Assembly (NCBI GenBank): GCA_965217115.1
Contig: OZ244239.1
Coordinates: 288,001 to 352,000, forward strand
Source: Bdellovibrionales bacterium
GTDB lineage: Bacteria; Bdellovibrionota; Bdellovibrionia; Bdellovibrionales; CAYMLA01
Length of the DNA: 64,000 nt
Direction: 5' to 3'
Under the pieces are notes generated by a model that did no database searches, was not told the origin of the DNA, and worked only from the letters and a program-made list of their open reading frames with translations. Within the stretch, counting starts at the first letter, position 1. The number at the start of each line of letters is the position of its first letter. The position numbers and the translations under genes were made by a program. Positions 1-10,235 of this stretch are shown here, in pieces.

Positions 1-1272
1 AAAGAGATCGAAGCCGAAGAACTCTTCAAACAGAGTGTCGCTGAGTTTCATCAAAATGCAAATGAAGAAAAAGAACTTCTTCTCAAAGACTCAAAAGAGG
101 AGAGGGAGCTTCTTCTGAAAAAATCAGAAGAGGAGAGAGAACTTCTTCTAAAAGAATCAGAGGAAGAAGCTGCTCGACTCATCAGCCAAGCAGAGAGTCA
201 AATAAAAGATAGTCAAGATAAAATGCGTGAAGAAGTCCTCTCTGAACTCAATGACAAATGGACTTCCATCAGAGCTAAAGAACAAGAGTTGGAAACCCAT
301 AAAGTGGCTCTCATAGATCAAGCTCAAGAGGAGATTGTCGAACTAAAAAGACTTGCTGCCGAAGAAATTCACGAATCTCATAAAAAACAAGAAGAACGAG
401 AAAAAGAGAGCACTCAACTAAATAGTCACAAGCTAGCATGTCTCCATTTAGAGCAAGTTGAAGAGCACAAAAAACTCCAAATAAAATTAGAACAGAAGAT
501 GGAACAACATATGAAAACGACAGCTTCTGAAATAACTCTCGAAGTAGAAGGGCTCCTCAGGTCCCGTCTTTCAGGGCTCGTGGCTTTGAGTGGATCTGAA
601 AAAGAGAGTGGTATCTCCAGCTTAGTACAAGATACCAAGGCACTCTTACTCCAGAAATTACTCAAAGAAGACCCTCGCCATGAAAAGAAAGTAGAAGAAC
701 ATTTCAGCTTCAATGCTATATCCATAGAGGATGTTAAAATCTGGTGGAAAAGGCCCCACGTTATCGCTCTAGGTAGCTTGGCCATTGCCTTTCTCCTTTG
801 GAATTTTAAAGGCAACTTCTTTAATTCGACTGGCCCGTCTGCATCAGAATTGTTTGTTCAAAAAGCTCAGGAAAATAGGCAGAAAAATAAATTCACTCCT
901 AAGATGACACCCGGTTTTAAAGACACCTACACCAAGAATATCCTCTATACTAAAGAGTATCTGGAGACAAAGAACAACTCAAAATATCAAGCTAGCTGGG
1001 TCCTCGAAGCCAATGATTTCTTTGTGACTGAGCTCAACCTAGCTGACAATGCCATTGTGAAGTTTATTGCTCTTGAGTCCAAACTCATTAAAAAATTGAT
1101 CTATCTCAGTCAACATATGGATAATCGAAGTATAGCCTCTGGCCTAGGGTCCATGATCGAAGTTGAAGACAAGGTTACTAAGGAAATGATCTCTATTTTA
1201 GAAGGAGTGGGTCACTTTGAAAAGTTTAAGAAGTTTCGTAAAAAGTTTTACAAAAAATTTACAAGTACCTAA
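1..1272 (+). CDS. Coiled-coil membrane-anchored hypothetical protein, 5' end outside the window
   Basis: Frame 1 is open from base 1, upstream of the listed ATG at 223. E/K-rich, with ~11-aa repeats (EEKELLLKDSK/EERELLLKKSE/EERELLLKESE) and one TM segment (VIALGSLAIAFLLW). Confidence 0.75.
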   Translation, partial: KEIEAEELFKQSVAEFHQNANEEKELLLKDSKEERELLLKKSEEERELLLKESEEEAARLISQAESQIKDSQDKMREEVLSELNDKWTSIRAKEQELETHKVALIDQAQEEIVELKRLAAEEIHESHKKQEEREKESTQLNSHKLACLHLEQVEEHKKLQIKLEQKMEQHMKTTASEITLEVEGLLRSRLSGLVALSGSEKESGISSLVQDTKALLLQKLLKEDPRHEKKVEEHFSFNAISIEDVKIWWKRPHVIALGSLAIAFLLWNFKGNFFNSTGPSASELFVQKAQENRQKNKFTPKMTPGFKDTYTKNILYTKEYLETKNNSKYQASWVLEANDFFVTELNLADNAIVKFIALESKLIKKLIYLSQHMDNRSIASGLGSMIEVEDKVTKEMISILEGVGHFEKFKKFRKKFYKKFTST

Positions 1273-1279
1273 GTCTATT

Positions 1280-1807
1280 TCATGTCGTTTCTACAGTTAG
1301 AGAAGAACTGATCATGATGCCCTTTCTTTTTAATAGTGACCATAAGCCTTCTTCATCTTCATCACTCATGACGCTAATTCCATGATTCATTAGAAGCTGT
1401 GCAGCCACTCCTCTTCCATGAATTATTTTTTTCTTTGGCCAGCTGGCTCCATCATAAAGACCCTTGACTCCACATGAAGGGCTCAACTCTTTTAAGAAAG
1501 CAACTTCAATCCTATTATTCTGAGCATAACGAAGCATTGATCGTGCTCCTTCAATAAATTCAGAACTCACATCCCTACCCGAATGAGTCTGTACCGATGA
1601 CTCTCCACTCAGTACCTCTGTCCCCGTTCCAGCCATTATATTAGCTGGCTCCCTCGGTATTGGCAGAAGTACAGCTTCAGGACAATAGAAAAATAATAAG
1701 ACCTGGGGAATTTCTTTGAGAACTGCAACCGTGTTCCTATAATGGTCCTCACCCTTGTAGTTGCACTTTACACCTGCCAAACAAGAACTCACAAGAATGC
1801 GAACCAT
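1280..1807 (-). CDS. DUF523/YbbK family (2-thiouracil desulfurase-like) protein
   Basis: ILVSSCLAG.KCNYKG, CPE, LK.LSPSCG, G.GVAA motifs; start trimmed to MVRILV. Confidence 0.85.
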   Translation of the reverse strand: MVRILVSSCLAGVKCNYKGEDHYRNTVAVLKEIPQVLLFFYCPEAVLLPIPREPANIMAGTGTEVLSGESSVQTHSGRDVSSEFIEGARSMLRYAQNNRIEVAFLKELSPSCGVKGLYDGASWPKKKIIHGRGVAAQLLMNHGISVMSDEDEEGLWSLLKRKGIMISSSLTVETT

Positions 1808-2457
1808 TAATCCTGCCGCCAATAATCTTCATGATAATTAAACCGGCACATAGCCCCCACTCTCTGTAGGTAATCATGGATCTTATTTGAAAATTGAAAC
1901 TCAGGAACAACATACATACCCCAAAGATGGGATGCTAAAAAAATATCACAAAGAGAGAACTCTTCACCTAAAAACCAAGGATGGATCTCTTCTTCTAGCC
2001 TCTCTAGCTTTACATATAACTCTCTGCCTAATTCCTCACTTCTACGAACCAATTTCGCAAATGGTCCTCTGCTAGCCTCTTTCTTATTACGAAAATACTC
2101 CCTAGATGATTCATTAAACTCAGGGGTATAAATAAAATAAGGCATGGCCATCTTATATAGAGGATCAGAGATATCCTTGAGCCATTGATCGACTTTGCCC
2201 AAGGCCCCGTTATCCAACAAACGAGACACTTTTAAAATATTTTCCCCATCAATATGAGAAATAATGTCCATACTCTCATTAAGGATTTTTCCATTATCTT
2301 TCCATATAGGCAGCATTTTTTTTCCCGTTAATTCAACAGGAGTTCCTTCATCGTCATAGGACAAAATAACCGATTTATAATCAACAGGTAAGAATCCACA
2401 GGTCATGCGAATTCTTATACAAAAAGGGCAATGGACATAATGGTATAATGTTCCCAT
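1807..2457 (-). CDS. grxB: Glutaredoxin 2 (GST-like fold)
   Basis: LYHYVHCPFC, GKKMLPI, ESMDII, YFRNKKE motifs; start trimmed to MGTLYHY. Confidence 0.8.
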   Translation of the reverse strand: MGTLYHYVHCPFCIRIRMTCGFLPVDYKSVILSYDDEGTPVELTGKKMLPIWKDNGKILNESMDIISHIDGENILKVSRLLDNGALGKVDQWLKDISDPLYKMAMPYFIYTPEFNESSREYFRNKKEASRGPFAKLVRRSEELGRELYVKLERLEEEIHPWFLGEEFSLCDIFLASHLWGMYVVPEFQFSNKIHDYLQRVGAMCRFNYHEDYWRQD

Positions 2458-2675
2458 ACCAGGGAGTGTGCATTCCCTCGGAGGCATAGACAAGCTACTT
2501 TGGTTGATTTCTTAGTGACCATTTAAAATTTAAGCTCATTTAAAAAAAATCTCTCCAATACCTTGTCAAAAGTGTAAAAAGACTCAGATTTACCCCGTAG
2601 TATTCAACACAAGCTTAGTTACCATATTTAAAGAAAACCATAAGCTTGATGATAAAATCTAAGGAGACTTTATAA

Positions 2676-4607
2676 ATGGCTAAAAAAACTCAAGAATTTC
2701 AAGCAGAAGTTAAGGATTTAATGCATTTAATGATTCATTCGCTCTATTCTCACAAGGAGATATTTTTACGGGAGCTCATTTCCAATTCCTCTGACGCTAT
2801 AGATAAACTCAAATTTGAGGCTCTCACACAGAGAGACCTTATAAAAGATGACACCAAGTTCCAAATTCGTCTAGAACCCCTAGCTGATAAAGGCCAATTA
2901 AAGATCATCGATAACGGGATCGGTATGGACTACGATGAAGTCATCAATAATATAGGAACTATCGCAAAATCAGGCACAAAAGAATTCCTTAAGCGAGCCG
3001 CTGAAGTTAAAGATAATCCTGAATTAATAGGCCAATTTGGGGTGGGTTTTTACTCTTCTTTTATGGCAGCTAAGAAAGTCATTGTTCACACACAGAAAGC
3101 TGGAACCACTGAAGGAGTTTTTTGGGAATCCGATGGGACAGGTTCCTACAGTATTGACAAGATCCCCAGGGCAGAAGGCCATGGCACGACCATCATTTTA
3201 CAATTAAAGACCAAAGAAGAGATGGGAGATAACGAGGAATATCAAGATTTCGCCAACGATTTAACCCTCTCCCACTTAATTAAAAAATACTCTGACTTCA
3301 TTTCTATTCCTATTAAAATGAAAACAGAAAAATCTATTCCTAAGAAAGACAAAGAGGGAAATCCCATTAAAGATGAATGGGAAAAAGTCATTGAAGATGA
3401 AACATTGAACTCTCAAAAAGCTCTTTGGTTGAAATCACCTTCTGAAGTAAAAGAGGAAGAATACGCGGAATTCTATCGCCATATTTGCCACGATTGGAAT
3501 CCCCCAGCTAAAACTATTCACTTTAAAGCTGAAGGGACCCTTGAATTCAATGCCCTCATGTACATACCAGGAGCTAAGCCTTTTAATTACAACACTCGTG
3601 ACGCTAAGTACGGATTAAATCTCTATGTTAAAAGAGTCTTCATTATGGATAATTGCTCTGATCTACTTCCTGATTACCTCAGGTTTGTTAATGGAGTCGT
3701 TGATAGTGATAATCTCTCTCTCAATGTCTCTAGAGAGATTCTGCAACAAGATAGACAAGTCACAGCTATGCGTAAATCCTTGACAAAAAAAGTTCTCACA
3801 TACCTTGCTAATACCTTAAAAAATGAACGTGAAAATTACGAAAAAATATGGGGCCATTTTGGACCAACTCTTAAAGAGGGCATCACTGTTGATCCATCTA
3901 ATAAAGAAAAATTACAAGATCTCTATTTATTTCATTCATCACATTCAGGCAAGTTAACCACGATCTCTGAATACATCCAGAGAATGAAAGAAAATCAAAA
4001 GGATATTCTTTTCATTACTGGTGAGGACCTGGATAAACTTAAAACCAGTCCTTACCTAGAACAGCTTAAAGAGAAAAACTACGAAGTCCTCTTCATGATC
4101 GACCCTGTCGATGAATGGCTCGTAGAGCAACTCACTTCTTATAAAGACCATAAACTTCAATCAATCACTAAAGAAAATTTAGATTTAGAAACAGACGAAG
4201 AGAAAAAATCTAAAGAAGATGAGAGAAAAGGGCAGGAAGAGCGTTTCACACCTCTAATGACTCTGATGAAAGACCACCTAAAAGAAGATCTTAAAGACAT
4301 CCGTCTATCGACACGTCTAAAAGACTCTCCCGTTTGCCTTGTTGCTGGGGAACATGACCCATCGGCTCACATGGAAAGAATCCTCTTTGGAGCAGGCGGA
4401 AATAACAGTAAGACTAAAAGAATCATGGAGCTCAACCCTGTACATCCTGTTTTTGAAAAGATGTTCTCAGCCCCCAAAGAAACTCAAGAAAATTGGACTG
4501 AGATACTCTATTCACAAGCGCTCTTAGCTGAAGGATCGGTTGTTCCTAATCCAACAAAATTTTCAAAACAAATTAGCCATCTTATGACAGGGTTTTCTTT
4601 TAACTAA
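2676..4607 (+). CDS. htpG: Chaperone HtpG (Hsp90)
   Basis: FLRELISNSSDA, DNGIGM, GTIAKSGT, IGQFGVGFYS, LNVSREILQ; AAGGAG RBS. Confidence 0.98.
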   Translation: MAKKTQEFQAEVKDLMHLMIHSLYSHKEIFLRELISNSSDAIDKLKFEALTQRDLIKDDTKFQIRLEPLADKGQLKIIDNGIGMDYDEVINNIGTIAKSGTKEFLKRAAEVKDNPELIGQFGVGFYSSFMAAKKVIVHTQKAGTTEGVFWESDGTGSYSIDKIPRAEGHGTTIILQLKTKEEMGDNEEYQDFANDLTLSHLIKKYSDFISIPIKMKTEKSIPKKDKEGNPIKDEWEKVIEDETLNSQKALWLKSPSEVKEEEYAEFYRHICHDWNPPAKTIHFKAEGTLEFNALMYIPGAKPFNYNTRDAKYGLNLYVKRVFIMDNCSDLLPDYLRFVNGVVDSDNLSLNVSREILQQDRQVTAMRKSLTKKVLTYLANTLKNERENYEKIWGHFGPTLKEGITVDPSNKEKLQDLYLFHSSHSGKLTTISEYIQRMKENQKDILFITGEDLDKLKTSPYLEQLKEKNYEVLFMIDPVDEWLVEQLTSYKDHKLQSITKENLDLETDEEKKSKEDERKGQEERFTPLMTLMKDHLKEDLKDIRLSTRLKDSPVCLVAGEHDPSAHMERILFGAGGNNSKTKRIMELNPVHPVFEKMFSAPKETQENWTEILYSQALLAEGSVVPNPTKFSKQISHLMTGFSFN

Positions 4608-4622
4608 AAAAAACTGTATACC

Positions 4623-4649
4623 AACCCTGTCAATTTAATGACGGGGTTT
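4623..4649 (+). terminator. Probable intrinsic terminator of htpG
   Basis: aaccctgtca-atttaa-tgacggggtt hairpin just after the stop; short T tail interrupted by the MITE. Confidence 0.55.
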
Positions 4650-4654
4650 ATAAA

Positions 4655-5005
4655 GGTTCTTTGTGATAAACAAAACAATAGTGGAGCCAGTTTTTCTCTG
4701 ATGAGCCGTTTTTTTCTAGAGTATCTCCCAAAAGAATCCAGCCCTTTTCTTGCTCAAACATCCGTTTGTCACCTCCCATTGCAGAGAAATGCAATGGAAG
4801 TCGCCAAGCCAAACTCGCCGAAAAGAACTGGATTCTTTTGGGAGAGACTCTAGAAAAAAGGCCGTATTCAATCAATTGAGTCAATGGATCTATTTCTATG
4901 ACTGACCTCCATGTGTAACAACGCTGTTATCCATGGATAGTTTTAGAAAGAGAGCCCTCAAGATGAGTCTCTTGGGAACAGTTCCACTATTTATCACAAA
5001 GAACC
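4655..5005. mobile_element. Non-autonomous IS derivative (MITE), ISL3-like ends
   Basis: Perfect 16-bp terminal inverted repeats GGTTCTTTGTGATAAA (4655-4670) / TTTATCACAAAGAACC (4990-5005); TTTATAAA on both flanks (4647-4654, 5006-5013); no transposase-length ORF. Confidence 0.75.
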
Positions 5006-5022
5006 TTTATAAAACGGTATGA

Positions 5023-5871
5023 TTACAATCCCGTACCCTGTGCTTGCATGAATGAATAAAGAAAAACCGCATTTGGGTCTTTGCTCACAAGGTTTAGTTC
5101 ATGTTTTGTCGCCTTGACAATATCTTCTGTAACGTATTTAGACTCTAACAATCGTTCTTCAGCACTAAAGAGTAGTTCATACCAATAATCAATCACCTCT
5201 TTGCGCCTCTTAGGATGGCGATTATCGAGATGCCACGTTATAATCTCTGTAGAGATCTCCTGAAAACCCGCAGACATCAATAGATTCCCCAGCTTAACAC
5301 CAATAAAAGGATCCCCTGCTCCATCGTACTGATAATCATTAAAAGCCATCCAATATTTCCACAAATTTGGTGAATAGGGCTCAAGAAAAAAAGTGGAGTT
5401 CATCACTTCAGTCACATGGACCTTTCCTCCAGGCCTTAGTACACGTCTCACTTCACTCAAAACTTGCTGGGGATCAGTCACATGTTCTAATATCCAGCAC
5501 AAGAAAGCCCCATCAAATTTATTTGACTCAAAAGACATCTTTTCAGCATTCATCTCTAGAAGTTTATATCGCCCAGACAAGTGGGCTTGTTCTTGTAAAG
5601 ACTGCTCTGCCGTCTCAATCTGAGTCCTATTCAATTCAACCCCTGTCAAATAAATTTGAGGAAAGCGGCGTAACAATATCTCCGTCTGAGCACCCACACC
5701 AGAGCCAACTTCCAGAACATGGGAGCAACCCGACAAATCAATACTACGATAAATTGATTGCTCCAAAAATCTGGCCTGTTTACGCAATCGTTTTTGCTCG
5801 TTCTCTGAGAATCCATGGAGATAGGAAAATTTTTCTTCATCATCAATCATAATACTCGTAAGTCTACCCAC
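5023..5871 (-). CDS. Class I SAM-dependent methyltransferase
   Basis: VLEVGSGVG motif I, FDGAF, VRRVLRPGG; exact start uncertain. Confidence 0.9.
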   Translation of the reverse strand: MGRLTSIMIDDEEKFSYLHGFSENEQKRLRKQARFLEQSIYRSIDLSGCSHVLEVGSGVGAQTEILLRRFPQIYLTGVELNRTQIETAEQSLQEQAHLSGRYKLLEMNAEKMSFESNKFDGAFLCWILEHVTDPQQVLSEVRRVLRPGGKVHVTEVMNSTFFLEPYSPNLWKYWMAFNDYQYDGAGDPFIGVKLGNLLMSAGFQEISTEIITWHLDNRHPKRRKEVIDYWYELLFSAEERLLESKYVTEDIVKATKHELNLVSKDPNAVFLYSFMQAQGTGL

Positions 5872-6019
5872 ACTTCAAAAGAACGGCCATTGTTATTTTG
5901 ATCATTTCTTTATTTAAGATAAGGAATCCAACCATGAATCACGAAACTGTACGTCAATATATTGGGTCGTATGTGAACCAGCTACATCATTGGAGACTAG
6001 ACTAAATGACAGGTTCCAA

Positions 6020-6046
6020 GAAAGTAAATGTTTATAAAGCCGATAA
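6020..6046 (+). promoter_or_regulatory. Possible sigma28 (FliA) promoter of the pilin gene
   Basis: GAAA-N15-GCCGATAA; the -10 element matches the consensus exactly. Confidence 0.45.
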
Positions 6047-6082
6047 GGGTGTGTTATAGTAATTATAAGAGGACACTAAATA

Positions 6083-6613
6083 ATGATGGCAAAGATTCTT
6101 TCTTTAAAAATCAACAATAAAGCTTTCTCGTTAGTAGAACTAATGGTTGTGGTGGCTATTATTGGAGTTTTAGCCGCTGTGGCCGTTCCCGCTTATAAGA
6201 ACTATATAAGAAAAGCTGAAAGTGCAGAAGCTAAGGGTATATTATCTGGTATATTCTCTTTAGAAAAAGCTTATTATGCTGAACATCAGGTATATACCAG
6301 TAACCTTTTAGCTCTTGGCCTAGAGACCCCCAACCTCAAGTACTATGGTCTAGTTGGTTTTATAAATCCTAGTATTCAGGTTAATAACATAATAGCAAAT
6401 CGACCTCTGTTCGGCTTAACTTATTCCAGTCACTTTGCTTCCGGTCAGATACCTACCTATGCTCCATCATCCATGCCTGCAGAAATCACATCGTCACCTG
6501 TGGTTCAGACCTTTGCCGCGGCAGCATTGCTGTTAGAGAACGACACTGATCCAGCAAAGTCTGCATGGTACATTAATGAGAAAAAAATCCTAAGGGAGGT
6601 CATAGACCTCTAA
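6083..6613 (+). CDS. Type IVa pilin-like protein
   Basis: Prepilin cleavage motif KA|FSLVELMVVVAIIGVLAAVAVP with Glu+5; SAEAKGILSGIF helix. Confidence 0.92.
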   Translation: MMAKILSLKINNKAFSLVELMVVVAIIGVLAAVAVPAYKNYIRKAESAEAKGILSGIFSLEKAYYAEHQVYTSNLLALGLETPNLKYYGLVGFINPSIQVNNIIANRPLFGLTYSSHFASGQIPTYAPSSMPAEITSSPVVQTFAAAALLLENDTDPAKSAWYINEKKILREVIDL

Positions 6614-6904
6614 TTTTTTAACTTTATCAGAAAGTGTTTTAACAGTTCAGTCACCCACAGCAAACTGGAACATAACTACAAATTCTATCTATGTATTAGG
6701 CCATTAAAACAAAACTAAAAAAGTGATGGTAAAAGCCTGCTATTTGTAGTCTGGACTTTCCTCCTCCTCTGCTTAAAAAAAACAAAAAGTAGGAACAGGC
6801 TTTTTTATCCCCTGCCCATTAAGTAGCATAGTTTATACTGTTTGCAAATTCTCTCAAGCCTACTGCTGTTTAAGCCCTTTTTTATTACTCTGATAGAGAG
6901 TCGT

Positions 6905-9900
6905 CTAAGGTGTTGTACAATCTGAGATCTCTGTTACTCCAGATTTTAAATTGCCAGAGCTATACAAATCGTAAACAGGAGTGCTCCCATCTTCGACTGC
7001 TTGAAGGGCCGCCTCTATGTTCACTAGACCATGACCAAAAACATTGTCCACGGCATCGGAATCAGCTGTTGTATCAATAACACCAGAGGAGTTAAGATAC
7101 TGTGCTGTATCGACTATGAGTCCTAATAATTCTTTGTTGGTATAAGTTCTATTATATTTAGTATTTGCCTCTATCATAAGTGCCATGATTCCACTGAAGG
7201 TGGCCGTTGCCTGTGATGTGGCTCCGCTACCAGTTTCTAAAATAGATAGGGTGTAATACTTGGCATAACTTCCTGCCAGAGTTCTTAGTGATTCATAAGT
7301 GGGTTCATAGGTGCTAGTGAGAGGCCCTCCTACAACTGCTTGCAATGTAATAATTCCTCCAGAAGATGAACTTAAGTCATGTATATAAGGCGTGAAGAGA
7401 GCCTCATCACCATACCCACAGTCGGGAACTTCGTTAGTGGTCGTGGACGTATTCCCAAGACTAATGCTAAGAACTAATCCTTTGTCGATGAGATCTTTTA
7501 GCTTGCCCTCTTCAGTGCTTCTGACTTCGTCATCGGTAAGACCACTGCCAGATAAACTTAAAATATCAATAGGGTTACTAGCGGCAATATCTAGTGGGTA
7601 TCCTGGAAAATATCCAAGGATAGGAGTTTTTCTGCCACTGTCGTAGATATTCACCTTAGGTGCATAGTTTAACATATAACGCGCCATCTGGGTTCCATGA
7701 TTGTACAGGGCATAGGATTCTAGACTACCTAGATTGGGATTTATCGCATTCGCGTAGGGAAAGGAATTGTTTGGATCAGGTATTTTTTCATGAATAACGA
7801 AGTCAACAATTCGATCAGGCCAGCCCAGTGCTGTAAAGACAACGCTATCATAGACATTACTACTTTTAGCAATAATCTGATCGAAAATTAAAACATTGAC
7901 ACCTGCACCGTAGATCTCTTCATCAGTTGCGTGTGAGTGTTTATGGAGAGTTTTACCCTTAGCTAGTTCACCGATGTGATAAGTACTTAGTCTTGGCCAT
8001 TGAATACGGTTAAACCAATCAGTATGAGTCCCAGTTGCGGCAAAGGTGGATTGAGATTTAATGGTTTCGTGTAACTCAGGAGTAGGGAGAGTTGTGATTG
8101 TTCTAGTCACACTATTTTGCGTGATATCTGTAAAAGTCACTGTAAAGGTCACGGCTGCATCTAAGGGAAGGTTGTAACCACCCTGTCTTCCGTTGAATAT
8201 GAAATAAAATTCAGAAGGTATAATCAGTTGATTGTTTTCTATGGAAAGACTTGGCGGATCTGTGGCCCTCTGGGTGACTAAAGAATAATTAAAATAATCT
8301 TGTCCTTGAGCAGACCCTGTATTGGTGCCTGTATGCTCGGGAAGAAACTGCATAGTCGCCGCCTCTGGTGGACTAAAATGGGGGTTCATAAAGCTTGCCC
8401 CAACGGAATCAATATCGGATAAGAGTGTTCCTGCTGGCAGTGTTATGCTAACATCTTCGTTAAGATAAAAAACATTAGAATTTGTAATAGTAAAATCGAC
8501 ATCAGCAGGACCTATAATATTTGTATTAGCTGAAGACAGCGCGATTTTAAGTTTAAAATTCTCATTAGGTTCATGGATGTTATCCTTGTTAGTGGTTATC
8601 ACAACACTCGTACTTGTTGAGCCAGCGGGAATAACATGGGATTGAGTGTCTATTTTTTTAAAATCTCCAGTCAAAGTGCTTGTATCTCCAAAGGCAGTGT
8701 CATCCTCAGTGGTTAAAAACATTGTCGTGTCTGTTGTTTGTACTTCTGATAACTCTAGAACGAGGGTTTTTTGGTTGCCTTCTTCAGCAATTGGGGAGCT
8801 GTCAGCCCAAATGACCTCTAGAGCAGGGACTATTTGCCAAGATTCACTAAAGAAAACGGCAACACTCCCATTGCTATCTGTAGTCCTTACTGAATACCAA
8901 TAATCGGTGTCTTTTAATAATGTAGAAACACCAAAGTTAGCTGCGACACTCCATGTTGTCTGGGAGAATCCAGGCCAAGGCAAGGCAGATGTAGGAGTCC
9001 AAGGAGAGACATCATCACTTCCTGGAGCGGTTCCCACGGCAAACTCTATTAAACTGTGTACGGTGTACCCGCTAGGGTGAGAGTCAAAGCCACAGGCTTC
9101 TGTTGTGGTAATGGTAAGAGATGGAGCAGTTGCCTGTGTTCCTGTTCCCGAGACGACAAGACCTAGATCAGAGGTTATGCTTGGTCGCCATGAAGCACTA
9201 GATGTGGTTTCTGCTCCAGTACTAGAAACAGCCCTCACATTAAAGAAATAATCCTGTTGAAAATCAGGAAGTGCGGGGCTAATGGATGAAAAGATGTGTT
9301 GCGTATTAGTGCCAATATTTGTCCAACCTATAATATCAGAGCTTTCTGAAGCTGTCCCTAAAGACACCTCGTAATGGTCTAATACATAGGTCGAATTTGT
9401 AGTTACGCTCCAGTCTGCTGTGGGTGACTGAACTGTTAAAGCATCTCCTGATAAAGTTAAAGAATCAATAGTAATACTAGGCGCTTCAGGTGGAGTTGGA
9501 GGTGGAATTGAAGCATACATATCTAAATAATCTTTCAGCTCTTTGGTTGTCCTTCTGCCCTCAAGTGCATCATTAGCGATAGTAGTATGTAAATTGTTAG
9601 CATTAGGATTTAATAAATATTTAAAGATAATCAACCCATCATTGGGGGCATTAAGATCCCCATTGCCATCAACATCTAAAATTGAAGCATGTGTATCTAA
9701 ATAAGCTTTCAGATCTTTGGTTGTCCTTCTGTTAGCATCATTAGCGACAGTAGTATGTAAATTGTTCGCATTAGGGTTTAATAAATATTTAAAGATAATC
9801 AATCCATCATTGGGGCCATTAAGATCCCCATTGCCATCAACATCTAAAGAAAAAGTTGAAGTCTCTGTGGATGACTGAGCTGTTAAAGCATTTCCTGATG

Positions 9901-10195
9901 AAGTTGGAAAATCAGTCTCAATATTAGACGATTCAGGTGGAGGTGTTTCTGTGGAGTCGTCAATACTAGGCGGTTCAGGTGGAGGTGTTCCTGTGGAGTC
10001 GTCAATATTAGACGATTCAGGTGAAGGTGTTCCTGGGGAGTCGTCAATACTAGACGATTCAGGTGGAGCTGTTCCTGGGGAGTTGTCAATACTAGGCGAT
10101 TCAGGTGGAGGTGTTCCTGGGGAGCCGTCATTATTCCCGCCGCTACAGCCTGTTAATAGGGTAAACGCAAGAAGTAATGTGATTTTGCTTTTCAT
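6905..10195 (-). CDS. Multidomain lipoprotein: Pro/Ser linker, two dockerin-like repeats, FN3/Ig-like and Calx-beta-like domains, C-terminal subtilase (S8)
   Basis: Lipobox LTGC; LDVDGNGDLN.PNDGLIIFKYL twice; DNIHEPNENFKL; GAGVNVLIFD, NHGT, SLGN, GATSQAT, DNVFGHGLVNIEAAL. Confidence 0.8.
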   Translation of the reverse strand: MKSKITLLLAFTLLTGCSGGNNDGSPGTPPPESPSIDNSPGTAPPESSSIDDSPGTPSPESSNIDDSTGTPPPEPPSIDDSTETPPPESSNIETDFPTSSGNALTAQSSTETSTFSLDVDGNGDLNGPNDGLIIFKYLLNPNANNLHTTVANDANRRTTKDLKAYLDTHASILDVDGNGDLNAPNDGLIIFKYLLNPNANNLHTTIANDALEGRRTTKELKDYLDMYASIPPPTPPEAPSITIDSLTLSGDALTVQSPTADWSVTTNSTYVLDHYEVSLGTASESSDIIGWTNIGTNTQHIFSSISPALPDFQQDYFFNVRAVSSTGAETTSSASWRPSITSDLGLVVSGTGTQATAPSLTITTTEACGFDSHPSGYTVHSLIEFAVGTAPGSDDVSPWTPTSALPWPGFSQTTWSVAANFGVSTLLKDTDYWYSVRTTDSNGSVAVFFSESWQIVPALEVIWADSSPIAEEGNQKTLVLELSEVQTTDTTMFLTTEDDTAFGDTSTLTGDFKKIDTQSHVIPAGSTSTSVVITTNKDNIHEPNENFKLKIALSSANTNIIGPADVDFTITNSNVFYLNEDVSITLPAGTLLSDIDSVGASFMNPHFSPPEAATMQFLPEHTGTNTGSAQGQDYFNYSLVTQRATDPPSLSIENNQLIIPSEFYFIFNGRQGGYNLPLDAAVTFTVTFTDITQNSVTRTITTLPTPELHETIKSQSTFAATGTHTDWFNRIQWPRLSTYHIGELAKGKTLHKHSHATDEEIYGAGVNVLIFDQIIAKSSNVYDSVVFTALGWPDRIVDFVIHEKIPDPNNSFPYANAINPNLGSLESYALYNHGTQMARYMLNYAPKVNIYDSGRKTPILGYFPGYPLDIAASNPIDILSLSGSGLTDDEVRSTEEGKLKDLIDKGLVLSISLGNTSTTTNEVPDCGYGDEALFTPYIHDLSSSSGGIITLQAVVGGPLTSTYEPTYESLRTLAGSYAKYYTLSILETGSGATSQATATFSGIMALMIEANTKYNRTYTNKELLGLIVDTAQYLNSSGVIDTTADSDAVDNVFGHGLVNIEAALQAVEDGSTPVYDLYSSGNLKSGVTEISDCTTP
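9507..9848 (-). repeat. Two near-identical ~170-bp intragenic repeats encoding dockerin-like units
   Basis: Direct duplication visible in both DNA and protein; boundaries approximate. Confidence 0.9.
9918..10127 (-). repeat. Five tandem 42-bp repeats encoding a DDSPGTPPPESSSI-like linker
   Basis: tcaata(c/t)tag(a/g)cg.ttcaggtg recurs every 42 nt. Confidence 0.95.
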
Positions 10196-10235
10196 TTAAT
10201 CTCCCTTTTAGTGAGGACTACTTTTTAGTATCGTT

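Noticed and set aside
2494..2675. CIRCE or sigma32 element upstream of htpG
   Set aside because: No TTAGCACTC-N9-GAGTGCTAA, and no correctly spaced CTTGAA/CCCCAT.
4638..4884. Short ORFs inside the MITE as a transposase
   Set aside because: Too short, with no recognisable transposase motifs.
9918..10127. 42-bp repeats as CRISPR
   Set aside because: Contiguous in-frame coding repeats with no spacers.
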